A stretch of 64,000 nt of DNA from Botryllus schlosseri (lineage: Eukaryota), in NCBI GenBank assembly GCA_051294905.1, contig CM119372.1:16618001-16682000 (forward strand), read 5' to 3'. Each line of letters begins with the position of its first letter. Within the stretch, counting starts at the first letter, position 1. The notes beneath the pieces were generated by a model, which made no database searches, had not been told where the DNA came from, and was given only the letters and a program-made list of their open reading frames with translations. Made by a program: the position numbers and the translations under genes. Shown here one piece after another: positions 13,901-28,534 of this stretch.

Positions 13901-15971
13901 TTGCAAGTATTTAATTAATGCCCGAACCTTCCTGTTCTTGCATTTTGCAATTGAGATGCGAGATATGTAAGTTGAAGAGTATATAGGGAAGTTGACACCG
14001 ACCGGCAGCAGTCCGCAGATCGACGGTTGCGAACCACTTATGAAAATCCTTCTGTACCTATTTCATCATTCTACGCCACATATCCACGTGATATACCAGG
14101 CTATGAAAATGTGATTGAGCCTGAATATGAATGTACCCAACAACGGGCGGCAAAAGCTACAGCATTGGAATGCTTACGAATCTAAGACCGTGTGTTGCCC
14201 AGGATACATCCCGAGTTATCCGTTTTCTCTACCCGCTCTCGGGCAAGCATAGCACAAGTACGTTGCTAGAAAGATTTCAGGTGAACAGCCGTATTTACAA
14301 TGGCTTTGTAAAGGAATTTAATGCGGCTAAAGGTAACTCAACACCTCGTCTGTCTAGTCTGTAGAGCATAAAGGGTCACGATTAGCTGACTGGTTCCCAA
14401 AGCAAGTATTTTTTTCGCAAACGAATAATGTCACTTTTATTTTGCACCTCGAGCCATGCACTCCATTGCGTTATCAAACTGCCGCATACGTCAAAACCTC
14501 CAATTCCGTCACCCAACGTATCAATGCATCAAATCAGCCGAATCCACTCACGCTTTCGCGTTTGCACACAAAACGGGGCGACATTTAATAGGTGAGTAAT
14601 CTATGTAAGTAACCATACCCTACATTACACTTCTCGGACGGATTAATGTCAACCATTTGAACCTAGTTTAAGACACGTTATCTCATGATCTCTATAAGTA
14701 AAACAAACCTATCCATATCACAAATTAAGGTAGACCTATTCCTGCATGACAAAATAATTGCACGGAGAATCCATAAACAGCCGCAGTTATGAAATGCTCT
14801 TCGTTGTAACGGCTAATCTAATGGCCACAGTCTCATAGACACAGCTTTCAACATATCAGGTTACCCGCAACGATTGAAACGATTGTCGGGTAATGTAGGA
14901 GCTCATTCCGTCGTAATTACGTCCTATTATGAAGAAATTGCAACATATAATAAAATCTATTTCTGGCTGCACACAGAAAACGATTTGAACACCTGACACA
15001 CTGAGTTATGATGTACTAACGCGTCTGAGTTATTTTAAAAACACTACCGCAGGCTGCCTGATTTCGGTGATATTGGCGGATTACAATATTTCTTAGCCAT
15101 CCATCTCATTTTGCACTTCTATAGAAGACTCGTGCAACGTGCGTTAAGACAAGTGCGGTACCGATAAAGAACGTAAATTTGCACGAAGAAGCGGTAAACA
15201 AGTCAAGATAACATGAAAACCCCGAGACATCGCCATATGGGAATCAGTGGTGAATGTAACTTCAATTTTTGAAAATGCGGAATTTGTATGTGTATTGTGT
15301 ACACGACACAGTCCACCTTCCTTGCTGTGGACGGGGGAAAGTACGCGACACGACGAAATAAGCTGGAAGCTGCAATTGTTTGAATTGAGCATGAATCAAA
15401 TTTGGCAATCAGTATTTCTTTACCTTTTTTCTAGCGTGCATCCCCTAATTATGAAATTTGAGAAACTGTTGACTAAAAACAAAGGTCACCACGTTAGCCT
15501 ATTCCCAATCGTGGCGCCATAATGCAATATAGTCTAGTTGTTGTCTAAAAAGCTACCCGATGACCAAAAAATTGTCAGCATTTTCACTTGAGAGATATTC
15601 TAAACGGTGCACGTGAGGAAAATAAGGACGTAAGTAAAAATGAGGACAGATTTTTGTAAATATGAATGTAGTTTTGCAGTTGTAGGTTCAACATTGGCGT
15701 TTCATGGATCCCTTAAATCAGTCCGTAGGACCCAGATTAAGAGCCACTGAACCAACGGCTACCGACGACAATTTCACAATTTGTGCATGATCGCTGTTTG
15801 GCAAATATTCACCGCGCCTAATTATAAAATAACTTTTTCGAATGTCACATATTTCCCATACCCATACGACAACGAAGGCGATTGCACGAACGAATTTCAG
15901 CACGACTTTCCCCAACGTCGCTTTATCCTACCTGCTCCGCATGCGTGTCAACCCAATGAAACCGTTTAGAG

Positions 15972-17996
15972 CAGTGATTCCCAACCGCGGCCCTGAGGGC
16001 CGCATGCGGCCCCCAGCTAGTCTTCTTGCGGCCCCCTCAAAAATATTGAGAAATCGATTTATGAAAAAATATATATTTATAAAATACTCTTGCTTGGCTT
16101 GGAGTCTGGAGTTTTCAATTAGGATTGCAGGAAAGTAGTGAGTAGACTGCTAAAATTACGTCACTGCTGTTTCAATGCAATGAGCCCTAACTTTCCAGTT
16201 GAACGGGCAGTACCTATAGATATAGGTATTGACAGGACAGTAACTGCCACACCCCAAGCCCCCCAATTGGGGGAGCGAGCTCGAAGGGGGCCCAAAATTA
16301 TTTAGTGAATTAGCATAAATTATAGAGAATTTTCTGCAACGTTTTCAAAGATTTTTCGCGCTACGCGCGATTTCGAGTTTCCAAGTACCTTAAATATTGG
16401 GTACTCTTCGACCAAGATAAATACGCAAGACTCATAGAAGTGGGCATATCGGCGTTGACCATTACCGTGCCACGACGCACGAAGACATATAAAGTTTTAG
16501 GTCAAGTAACATATTACTCCAAGAAGTGTGCCAGAACAATCGGCAGCGAGAAAACCTTGGCCGAAAAGGACTGCCCTTACGCTGACCGAAAACTTCGTTA
16601 AGTATATTCAAAATTCATATAGGTATAATTGACCATAGGCGCCTAAATGACTGACGCCGAATGTTTCTGTCTTGGAAATCTGAACGTCACGAGACAGATA
16701 GGCTACCATTCCGGAGGGAAGAATTATATGCCAGTGAAGTACTACCAATTTGAAATCGTGTGCATCTTTTAGTTTAGTATGTTTGGGCGATTCTATATTT
16801 CTTGATATAGCAGACTGGAGGTCACGAAATAACAAATAACATCATGTAACGAAGTCGTACCAACGGGTCCATCCGTCTGAATATATTTAATTATTATTTA
16901 CGGGCCCTGCAGTTTCCAAGACACCTCACTCAGCTCTACCGGTAAATTTGATTACGTGAGCAGAGAGGACAATTAATCGATAGCAATATATATGCAATTC
17001 CCGATCTTATTGACCTATTTTATTTTGAATTATCGAAAATTTTCGCGCTCCACGCTGACTCACTAAACGGGGATCCTGATTTCGTGGCAGAAGCGAACAA
17101 CGGCACGGGGTGGTCGGTTTATCACCCTGTGGGAGCTCAAGACCTAAGTGTTTTTGGGGCCGAACGAAGGGATGTTTCGTTCCTGCCAACGGGTATACGC
17201 CCGAAGATGTTTAATTATTATTGTGTGGCCCTACCTTTTCAAACACAACTCACTCGGCTCAACCGGTCAATCTGATTACGTGAGCAGAGAGAGGATAAAA
17301 ATTGATTCCAATATATATGCAATTCCCGATTATATTGACCGATTCAATCATGAATTATAGAAATTTTTCGCGCTTCGCGCTATTAGTCGTGAGAAGCTGC
17401 CTAAAACGGACACCAGATTTAGATGATAAATAGCGGTAAACAGAGCCTGAGGGAGTTTGGTGACTTCTAAGTTCTGTTTATCACTCTATATGGAGGGCCC
17501 AAGAGAAACGTTTTTTTTTGGGGGGGAGGGGGCTGACGAAGTGCTGTTACGGCCCTGGGTATTGATAACTAATTTACGGACAGATGTGCAACAAGTGACT
17601 CACGATTGAATACGCCGAGATGCGTACTGCTTAGCCGCCAAAAAGCAGCATAATTGGTAGTCCTATAGCTCGCGACCCAAGCGTCCGAATAATTTGATAT
17701 GTCGGTGTTTATCGAAAGCAAGTGTCGCACTGATTCCAAAAATACGAATTGAAATCTCGTCAGGGCAATAAAACTACTCCGAAATAGCCAGCAAAGGTTG
17801 ATTGTTCTGGACAACGGGAGCGTGGCAACACAATGGCCAATGGCGTCAAGCGAATGATCGGATTCGGAACAATGCCAATTTTCATATTTTGGTGACTATT
17901 TTGGGTTCGTTTCATTGCCTTGGTATTCGTGCGGCCCCGGACGTACCATGAAATTCTAAATTTGGACCTGCCACCGAAAAAGGTTGGGAACCACTG
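15972..17996 (+). mobile_element. Composite non-autonomous hAT (Charlie/Buster-type) element, copy 1
   Basis: TIRs CAGTGATTCCCAACC / GGTTGGGAACCACTG. Perfect TSD GTTTAGAG at 15964-15971 and 17997-18004. Subterminal GGGCCGCATGCGGCCC palindrome. Homologous along its length to 30735-32401. Confidence 0.9.
16233..17557. mobile_element. Second hAT-type element nested inside copy 1
   Basis: Termini CAGGACAGTAAC / GTTACGGCCCTG. Perfect 8-bp TSD GGTATTGA at 16225-16232 and 17558-17565. Internal direct duplication (~16920-17055 vs ~17240-17380). A fragment of the same left end occurs at ~35847-35900. Confidence 0.8.
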
Positions 17997-19699
17997 GTTT
18001 AGAGCTAGAATTGTGTCATGATATAGCGCACGACATCATCGACCCTACAAGTTTCAGAGCGGTAGGGCATAATAAAACAGCCACCTGGAAATCATTCCAC
18101 CACGATTGAGAAGAATGATATTCGAATGTCACAGTTAGGTATGGCGATTTGCATGGTTTTCCGACTGCTTTTTAGAGTAAATACAAAAAAAACATTTTGA
18201 AGGATCTACGCAAGTCTACTTCCCTTTAGTGCAGGCGGGATTCTTACCGACATTGTGCAATAATCGACATGAAAAATCAATGGAATGAGCCTAAGACATG
18301 AACACTCCGAAACTTCCTGGTACAGTCACACATCGAAACAGGTACTCCAGCGAGTACTTCTAAACTGCAATTAGAAAACTTTTAATTCAATGCTAACGTG
18401 TTATTTATCTATTCAAACACGCTCCGTACGCAGCATAATTACGCGTTACAGAAATTCTTTCAAGGTCAAGTATGATGCTAGCAGCTACATCCACACGACA
18501 TGGCGACTGTGAGTCTGACTGCGCTTATACTAACGTTTCGACCGCGGCTTCGCGAAACCAACGTTTTTTACTGTTGGAATGTTTCTTTTTAATATGGGGT
18601 ACTAACATGTTGGACTGATTAATGCCGCCCTTCGCCTCTTCCTTAATTAAAGTATTTCGGGGATTGTGCATCGTGGCCTAGTTTCAATATACTTGATGAT
18701 ACTTTGGAGCTTCTGGTGGGGGACAAGCGGTTTGAGTAACGTATACCTTTTTCATATTGAGTTGGTGACACCAATCGGGTTTATCAAATATCGCACTTCC
18801 AGTGTGATTCACGTTCAGTCGCCGCAGTAAATGTTGCCGGTTGTAACGGGCCTCAGACAGACAGTCTGCCTGGTCTGCTTATACGAAAACAATGTTTCCG
18901 AATTAATTTTTAGTGAGTGGGCGTCTGGGCGTACTTTTAAGACAGGTTTCTCGTGATGAACAGTGAACAACAAACATTACTACCAACGTGATACCACGTT
19001 TTCGAAGTGAGATAAGATTCAAATACCGTCATAATTTTGCGCGGCATGCAGGGTTGCAAATAGGCATGTGATAGCTTTTTTACCGTCTCGTGGTTCGTTA
19101 TACTTATGCTATAAGTTTTCGTTAAGATATGCCATCGAAATAGCCCCGCGCGCGATTTCTTGGGATCCATCATGAACTCGAGCCATCAACAGGTTCTGCG
19201 CCATTACCGACCACGGGAAGGTTAAAGCGTTTCACCTTTCGGTGCATGAAATTTTATCCCCGCCGTTTGTATCTGATAAGGAATATTTTAGAGCGAATAC
19301 GTCACGCGAACGCGCGCCGGGGTGTTACGGGCTGCTCCAATATGACGGGTGACGTAATGCAGAGGTTTGAAACGCCCGCACTTTATCGGAGGTGAGATTG
19401 TTTTTTCACGCACCGTTTGGAAGATTCGATCCCGGCACAAGACATTCTTTGTTACGATCGTGTCATTCCGCGGGTACGAATACGAAGCGATTGTATCAGT
19501 GACGTTTTTGCGGGATGCTGCCGAGAATTACGTATTAGCAAGCGCTTGAATACCTTCAGTATAGGCCACGAAAAATGTCACACTACTTAGATCTTATATA
19601 AACCATATGCAAGAAACATCCATGTCCATCATCCACAGCTTTGAAAATAATAACCACATACTGCCCAAGTAGTTTTAATTTTGTCAAATCTAACCATGT

Positions 19700-19727
19700 C
19701 TACTACTACTAGTACTACTACTACTAC
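19700..19727. repeat. (TAC)n microsatellite
   Basis: CTACTACTACTAGTACTACTACTACTAC. Confidence 0.85.
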
Positions 19728-20107
19728 ATATACCAATATTTCATATCATAATCATTATAAACATCATCGGATTGTTCAGGTGACAGAAATGTAAGTCCAC
19801 TGTATAAAACAAGGACCAGAATGCAGCTATTCGAGTCTGCTACCGTGCATTCTGTTCCGAGTGATATACGACGCGTGCGGCACGTCGGAAATTATTTTGA
19901 CGACATGTCAGGCTCAGTACATAACCACTCCAGTGATACAACAGAGATTACGGATACAAATCATCCCACATCAATTGCTCTAATGATAAAATTGATCGAA
20001 TCGTTTCCAACACCCTATTGCCTCAGTCAGAAACACTGATTTATACGCATGAGAAGTCCCATCTATTTAATATGGAATCATATTACGGCAGATATACAAC
20101 CACAATG

Positions 20108-20185
20108 AAGAATATCGGCCTGGTGTAAATGACCATCGACCATTGTAGTAGAAAAACATGATTACCAGAAACAACAGCAACAACT
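20108..20185 (+). repeat. Short dispersed repeat, second copy at ~48389-48465
   Basis: GAATATCGGCCTGGTGTAAATGACCATCGACCATTGT vs GAATATCGACCGGGTGTAAATGACCAATGACTATTGT, each followed by a CAA-rich tract. Confidence 0.55.
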
Positions 20186-23100
20186 TTATACAATTATACA
20201 TTAGCATCCAAGAATATTGATTGACTTTTGTTACATTATGTAGTTGGCACCTTCCCGAATGTTTGCCAAAAAAAAACTGTTTCCCAACCCAATCCAGCAC
20301 CGAAGACGATGTCATTTGATGATAATACTCATTACTCAGTTTCGGGCCACTGCACACCAAAGTTCATTTGTTCGAGGTAGGATACTATAGAATTGGACGG
20401 AGTCTTAATCACGAAAATTTAGTCAAGCTGTATTATGTTACGGCAGAGTTCAATTCAGCAACAATCGTCACAGAAAACGGTGAGTGACTCACACAATCTT
20501 TCGCTAATCCTGACTGTACTCATATACTGGCGATGACGACGATTGGTGGGTTATTCGTGCCGCAGCGGAAGGAAGATTTGTCTGTGCTCGCCGCCGAATC
20601 TACTCACCCTTTTAAATTCAGTTAGCCTCAAGTCGCGATAAATTCCAAGGGGAAACAACGCTGGGATTTATTTACCTTGTTTACATTCGCGGCGAAAGAA
20701 GTCGCCACCTGCACTAAGAGATCGTTTCGTTGCTTGGTCTCATTGGTGTTTGGGTGCTACGGATATAATAACGCGTTGAGGTTGTATTCACAAAGCCAAG
20801 TGCGTGGTATATGCTGTTATTTCCAGTGTGTGTTGATTTGCGGTGTCGTGTCCTTGTGACTAGCATAATGGAAAAGAAACCATGAACGTGGTGGGCGTAA
20901 GTGGCACTGGGAGAAGCTGTAATTACACGTTCCGGAATTTTCTGAATGTCGGCTAAAATTAGTGATAGGTCGCCTCGGGGGTTTGGAAGTTGAGTACAGT
21001 ATAGGTATACGTTTGCCTTTACAGTCGACAGCGTGAATCAAAAAGCGCTGGAATATTAAAACGTGGCCGCTGGTTTCAACCGCTTTGGCGTTCCACCCCG
21101 CAGTTCCAACGCGGAGAAATGCGAGCCGCGGACTGCTAACTATAGGCTTACATTCGAGGATTCAATCGCGATAAGGGAATCACCGATTAGTAATAAGTGT
21201 AAGCAATATCGAATGCGTAGGAATATAATGGTACCAAATTTAAATATCACCATTCACCATACACGTTGGAAACCCACATACACCAGTAGAAATCTATCGT
21301 ACAGTCTAGATTTACGTGAAGCCACAAAAGTAGTGCGATTTACGGATCAGCCTGGTTTGGATAGTGATGTCCTTTTACTTGCCCAATAGAGTATACGCGA
21401 ATACTGCGATGCGAACTAATATTTGAACTGTTTAGAGAGATATTTATAAATAATGCGGTATGTACTGCTTTGTACAATGTACATTCAACATAAAAGCAAT
21501 TTACCGATAGTTGGGGATCATCATCAAAACTCGTCATTAACCAGAATATCACCAGCTAATATTGCAATATAGCTCCATTTGTTTTTCCTTCGGCGACGAG
21601 CAATGAACCCCTGCGCTGATTAATCTCTTCAAGAAATACTTCATTGAAATGTGTTTTGATCTGAATGAGCTCAAGTCTGGTTTTGCAAGAAATTCGGGTC
21701 AATTCGCATACCTTCTGACACACTCGCGGACCGCCATACACCGCTCAGTATTGCCAGGTCTGATCATTTTCTAACTGCATTCACGTCAATACTATAGGAA
21801 ATAGGAACGCGTCTTCAGTGTATTGGTTATTGGAGATTTGCAGCGCATATATCGGCAGTGGCCATCGTAAATAACAGCTCCGCCCCGCTGGACTGATAAA
21901 TAATCATTTTATCTGCCCTCGATCGATGATCGCTTGAAGTTTGGGGTGCAATAGCAAAGTCGATGACATACATGCAAGGATCAACCGTATGTATGGTTAT
22001 CAGGGTATTGTTGATTCTCTCTGGGGGAGGAACTGTAAAGCCGTATCTAAATACCGCCGCCGCTGAGGAATGCAGATTGGAGACCACCGCTGAGATACTG
22101 AATGGTATTCTAAACGTTATCTCAACAATTCGATGTCCGATTAGAAATGTTGACTCTGATAAGCAGCTATATGTGGGCTACCGTGTTCGACATAGAAGCA
22201 GACGAGGATTGCAGGAATTCACGCGTCTAGGCAATTTGCGAGACGGAGCAAATTTTATATTAACAATATGATGTGCTTCTCAAACCGCTACTGGATTATC
22301 AGACGGAAATATTTGCAATATAAAGCCGGCCAATTGCTGCTGATGCTTGTGACAAGTGGAACGTGAGCATGAACAATGGATCTATAAACATTACAGTCAA
22401 CATTAATGAGTATGCTGCAATCTGCAAGAGAATGTCTGTTAATACCTTTGATCGTGGTGAAATATTTTTCTTTATGTTCCGCATACTATTCTTAAGTATC
22501 ACCATAGCATTCCTGAACACAATGTAACCCGACGTATATGTTTTTTTAGCCACTCACCATTGCTTCAATGGATTCTATATCGAAATATTGTTGTGTCCTT
22601 GATGCTTGCCACTGTAATGCTTCTGTTATTCCGAAGTCCGTTCACACATGCGTGGTATACTCTGCAGTCTGCATATATCCAATTGCTAATTAAGCTAAAC
22701 CGAGCGAAGATTGCAGAATCTGCAACTATAAAGACTAATATGATCACTGCAACTTCAGAGTTCAGAGTCAAACAACCAGTCGTACAATTCCTGACTAGAT
22801 TAGAAAGACGCTAAGGAAGCGCATGCCTTGTTTCTGATCCTATAAAAGATATCACAGTTCGTGTATTATATCGAGGAATATATATGCAATACGCTTGTTC
22901 CTCGATGGCAATTCTGCTAGCCACAATAGTTCTCCAACCGCTCAAAAGTTCTGTGGGTCCCTCACTATTGTTCAGTTCATGGGAAGACAGCACCGCAACA
23001 AAGGCCGCGCGCGTCCGAAGCGAGTTTAAAGAAATTCTCTCACGGATAATATAAGAATTCTGATACTAATACTACGGAGCAAATTTCCGGTTCTTTAGTA

Positions 23101-24991
23101 CGCACCTTTGTAATTCGAAGCCCGCATACATTTATGAATCGGAGAAATCGGTCGCAAACTTTCACAAAGCAAAAATGTTAACGCACGAGTGCACTACATT
23201 GTTCTATTCCAATCCGCATACGACTCGCGTATTATTCGATCGCTCATATATATCTTACACGTGAAATCAAACTACATCTATAACGTAAGCCTATACTAAT
23301 ATAACACCTCGTGGCACTACAACTACAAACTGCGGAATCCACTCAACCGTACTTGCTTCTGACGCTAAAGGTATGTGCTCAGCGCGAGACGATAGCTTTC
23401 CGCATTAGACGTATTACGCCAACACCATAACCAAACATTAGCAATCAGACATTCTCTCCGCTGTGCGATACCATGTAACTGTTTGCTCAAGTGGGACAAA
23501 GAGGGATGTAGGTCAAAGGCATCACAGAAGGATATATCCCTTCGTTATCAATCCCCAATTATTAAAAACAAATGACTGTAGCTAAAAGAACGAAAAGATC
23601 AGACGGTTCATACAAACATTGGGAGATGCGTAGTGCATTAATTGAATATTATAGTTAAAACGATTGTCTGCAAGTACGGGGATAATGATCTCCTACAGTT
23701 TAGCAAATAATGGGTTATGTAAGGGTGGACTGAACTCGTTTACACCTGATATTGTTAATGGCGCTGTATCAAAATCATCGTTCGGTATAGGTATGACTAT
23801 ATATGTTGTTTCCTTGACATTTATTGGAGCGAGATATGTCTGTTTCATTTTTTAAATTCATTCCTCGTCAACCGCAATCACTAATATTATGGTGTGTGGG
23901 CAGGCGATAATTGCGCATGGGGATTTGTGGGACGTCGCACTGAAGTTGCCTACGGAAACGTTGTCGTCAACGTCACGTAGACGGATTCTACAGTTCCTGC
24001 GACATTCCCCCATTACTTGATACTCGTGTTCAATGTTCATGTTCAGTCCTGAAATACCCAAATGTACAGATTGATTACGATTACGCAATCTGTGACTATT
24101 TTGTTTAGGTATTCACTGGGCAGTACACCGCATTGGGATCAGGAATCAAGTTAGCACAGCAATGTAGTGATGCACTTAAAAATACAACGGCATCGCAATC
24201 TGTCAGATGGATCTTAATATTCGCGCCACTGGATTTTAAGCAAACGAACTATATACCATTACCAAACCTCATTTCCCCTCATTATATTTATAAATCACTG
24301 CGCAATTTGTTTCTTGATCTGGGACGACTGCAAAGTAATGATGCTGCAATTGACAATAATGCTGATGAAATACATTAGATCAAATTTGCAGTGTTCGAGA
24401 CGGCAGGCTGCGGCAAGTATATTAGCAGCGGCGCCGACAAAGGGATATTTCCGAATTCACAGTTTTGAAGTACCTTTACAATTGGTGGTCCAACGAAGAT
24501 TCTTTAAAGCAACCTGGTTTTGTTTCGCAAACATCTGCCTATTCAAGTGAGGTCGCTCACCATTCATTTCAACACTCAATGTTGTCTACTGGAGGACCAT
24601 CACCATTCACAATAATGACGTCATACCTAACATTGTCAATGAACACAAATTGGACCGAGAAGCGCTCTTGAATCGTAGCGTTACAATTACCAGAGAATAT
24701 CAGATTGCTTTAAATGTCCAAAAAGTATGAGATAAATCTCGCTTTCTTTTGTTGTAAATGCGGTGGGGGTGGTGGCGTTTCTAATTCATATTCAATTGAC
24801 GAGTCTGTGCCAACTTTTAAAGGTTTGTTGCGGACCTGTGTATTATTTCCAATTGAATTAAAGACCCGTTGCAATGAAGTCAATCTTATACAGTACATGG
24901 TTATTGTCTTGCTCTTAACTATTAGTGATTGCAGTTGGTATGCGAAATCACAAGAATTTTAAATTCCAATTTACAAACAGTGATTTACAAA

Positions 24992-25449
24992 CAGTGGTGG
25001 CTTTTGGGGTGGGCGAGGTGGGCGGTCGCCCGGGGCCCCCCTGGTCGAAGGGACCCCCCTATTTGGATTTTGCGCTTTTTTCAAGGAGAATGACGAATAA
25101 ACATGGATATCCGTGTACCAAGCAAGAATATGATTCCGTACAGATGTGTCAATCATCATCAAATCACTGCATTTGTTAGAAAAGTCCCGTATCCCGATAA
25201 TCATCACGTCTCTGCATGCGGTAGAACTACTTAGTTTTGATGTAGTCTATCCTTGCACACATGCAAAACAGACATGGCCGAATCCAGGACCTGGGCAAAC
25301 CTTTTGCGGCGGTGAAAGATAGATAATAATAACCGATGCGGAAGGGGGGTCTGGGGGGCGGAGCCCCCCTGAAGTTACGGATAGATACTTATAGGCCCCC
25401 CTCCGGTAAGTCTCGCCCAGCCCCCCCCCCGTTCGTAGGGTCACCACTG
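24992..25449. mobile_element. Non-autonomous hAT-type MITE with GC-rich subterminal blocks
   Basis: Termini CAGTGGTGGC / GTCACCACTG. Perfect TSD TTTACAAA at 24984-24991 and 25450-25457. Confidence 0.85.
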
Positions 25450-25726
25450 TTTACAAATATTGTTCGGCTTAGCCCAGCATGTTTAGCTACGGGCGTCTCA
25501 TTGAACACGCTGTGGCGCAGCTTCCGGGAATTAACTTTAACTTGAAAAGTCATTCACTTCGCCTACCACAATACACATCCAGTAACTGTGTACACTTCCA
25601 GATTCCAGCGCTGTATTCGGTCCAAACTAGCATTCTAAACGTGTGTTCCCGTCTTCTTAGTATATACACACTACACAGTCAGACTGGTCGTGGGGTTGAG
25701 AAGGTCACATTGATTGATAGTTATAC

Positions 25727-26317
25727 TAGAGAAATTAAACATGGAACGGCAACGACCGATTTTGCAGCTTCGTTCCGCTTCGCTGAGGCTGGAGTGGAGA
25801 ATTGTTTTGCGTAAGCGACTGTAGGATTTCTGGCAATCCAAAAGCTATCTTCCCGAGTGCAGAAATTACTGAATCTGGTCTTGATCGAAAGCTACTGTTG
25901 CACCGATTCCAAAAAATATAAATTAAAATATGATCAGGCACTGATCCACCTAGAATCCGTCCTCCAAGTCTGAAATATCGGCATTGTTCGAACAATCGGA
26001 GAGTCGCAACGGGTCATTGTTATGGCCATCGTGTTGCGGTTACCCGGTTGTTCTGAACAATGCCGATATTTCAGAATTGGAGGGCGGATTCTAGGTGGAT
26101 CAGTGCCTGATCATATTTTAATTTATATTTTTTGGAATCGGTGCAACAGTAGCTTTCGATCAAGACCAGATTCAGTAATTTCTGCACTCGGGAAGATAGC
26201 TTTTGGATTGCCAGAAATCCTACAGTCGCTAACGCAAAACAATTCTCCACTCCAGCCTCAGCGAAGCGGAACGAAGCTGCAAAATCGGTCGTTGCCGTTC
26301 CATGTTTAATTCCTATA
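25727..26317. mobile_element. Foldback/palindromic MITE with ~265-bp near-identical arms
   Basis: 25733-25990 is the reverse complement of ~26056-26311 with about 3 mismatches (the track shows mirrored ORFs). The direct repeat ATAGTTATACTA spans both junctions, giving a TSD of 7-9 bp with ambiguous boundary. Confidence 0.85.
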
Positions 26318-26673
26318 GTTATACTATCCACGACCGATCAGGTTTGTCCAAGAGTCGATGGCATGTCACAAATGAATGATTTGCGTGTCAATCAACAATT
26401 GTTCACCGACCTTCCGTATGAAATATTTCTTTCAACTACATGGCTTCGCCAAGGATGCCAGTCAAATAGTTCATGCGTGAAAGATCAACTGCATTCCGAT
26501 TAGAATGTAAGGATCACTTGCTAGCATGGCTAGATATAGATTATATTTTGGAGCGCATGTATTCGAGGTATTCGATGTATGACATGCAGTAGATGATGGT
26601 ATGAATATAAATTAGACAGGAATCAATACAATATGCCATGCAATTACACGATGAATATTTCAAACATTTCAAG

Positions 26674-27318
26674 CTGTGGTTCCAAACCTATAGGTTTGAG
26701 CCCAATTGGATTGCACACTGGTTTTATGGGGTTGCGTCCATCAATTTTCGTCGATAATGCTTGTTATTAATCACATGCCAAAGCTTTTGCTTCAAATTTC
26801 ATTGAGATTGAGTCATTGTATTATTTTCGCAATCAAAACGTACCAGTACGCATCGCCGTTGAACAATGGAATTCCAACTGCGGTTGCGGCATTGACTCTG
26901 CGGGTTGGTGTGCAGTAGGTAAAAGCCTGAAAGAATCTTCAGTTGTAGTTCAAACTAGCCTATCGTAAATTAGTCGGTGAAGGTGGTTTCCACCAAACTA
27001 AACTTGAGCACTATTGGTGTTCTAAGCGTAATGAAGTTTTTTGATGCATTTCAAAGACGCGTTGCTATGAAGTTGGCAAGTTTCATAATGAAGTTCAACT
27101 GGTGTAATGTGAAGAAAATTTCCCTGATTTGATCCCTTTCACCACTTTCGGACTAAGATGAGTCAAGCATTGGGACGATCTTGTATTAACTTTCATTGCA
27201 AGAAACCAACCTATTAATGAAATAAAATTGACTGAACGCTAAAACATTTTCGCCGCTATCGCTCGTTTGTTCTTTTCCCCACCTATGTCTCACAAAGGAC
27301 CCATTTTGGGAACCACCG
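26674..27318 (-). mobile_element. Degenerate Charlie/Buster-type hAT derivative, possibly with a transposase N-terminal remnant
   Basis: Degenerate TIRs CTGTGGTTCCAAACC / TTTGGGAACCACCG. Minus-strand fragments (GF...QDRP, SNASLK) weakly recall the Buster N-terminal zinc-finger region. No clean TSD. Confidence 0.4.
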
Positions 27319-28534
27319 GTCTAGTTTCTCACAGGCCTTAGACTGTTCGGCTTACGGCTTACGGCCATACGGCTCATCCTTCATAGTACTGGAAATGCGC
27401 TAGTAATGAATACCTTCATACTAATATCCAAGGGATACCAAAAATCACAAAATCCAAATTTCCTTTCAAGAATCGTCGGTCTCACTCAATGTTTAATACG
27501 TTCCAAACCAGTACCTTCGTATACATTCTGCACGTGAACTTGGATATCATAAATACCATACAAGCATTGACTCGGACTGGTCGTTGTTTTTATTTTTCTA
27601 CGAGAAACAAACAATTTTGGTACACGTTTGAACTCAAGATGAAGACGTAGGTAGGTCCCGAATATTACATCACATGCACCCGCTGCCTATTCTCCAAATG
27701 ATATATCGATGTTTTATGGCCAAAAATCTTTACCTGTCTGTTTAGTATATGCCTATTAAAATGAATGCGTGATACAGTATACTAATGAATGTATTTGACT
27801 GCTGTCGCCCATAGTTAGGAACGTCAATACGATAATATACTTCGGCTGGTGTTCCGAAATAACCTGAAACGTCACTCCATCTTTCGCTGTCTACGAACTT
27901 GTATATTTTCGGTGACACATAGACATGGCCAATATCCGTGATCCTATACGTGCTTCGATTACCTTCACATAAAGATTGAAACAGAAATAATCCTCTCAAT
28001 TTGTAACAATTATAAGCGCTATCATAAACAACCGCTGCAAATGTGCGGTGCTTATTTTTGCACACCCCGCCATTAAGATGAAGAGAGTCTGGAAGAATGA
28101 TATGCATGTGAACTCGCCATGGCCCGCCCCACTCCAAGAAGGCATTGGGAGAGACAATGGAACTACATCGTCATTGTCGCTATTGTGACCTCATCCTGAT
28201 CAAATCCGAAATACATATTCGATTCGACTGCTCGGACTCTCCGATGTGCAACGAAAGGGGTGTCATCGAAACAGTCGGACTTTTTTAATATCATGCATTA
28301 AATACGACTTTCATCGATAATTTTAAATAACTTATTGCAATCAGTTATATATCCCGTTCACCCTGCGCAACCTACTCTCGTCGTCGCAATTCTCGACCGC
28401 CGTTGCTGAGCTCGTAATAAGTTTTAATAAGTTCACTTAGTTACTGCTTGATTTTAATTTCCTGACGACCTTGGCGCATAGGGCCATAAATGGCGAAAAG
28501 CACCAGTAATATTTGTAATAATAATGATGATAAT

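Noticed and set aside
13790..13915. Minus-strand peptide ...VSGIVPLCGVYDL resembling an alpha/beta-hydrolase motif
   Set aside because: Short, bounded by stops, and without a GxSxG motif or supporting exons nearby. May be chance.
25735..26331. Duplicated ORFs on opposite strands (also 58194-58379 and 58590-58799)
   Set aside because: They are by-products of the inverted repeats, not paralogous genes.
28441..28512. CTGACGA...GAAA hammerhead-like boxes upstream of the Dong insertion
   Set aside because: The intervening segment does not form a canonical helix II, and no helix III/UH cleavage site can be built.
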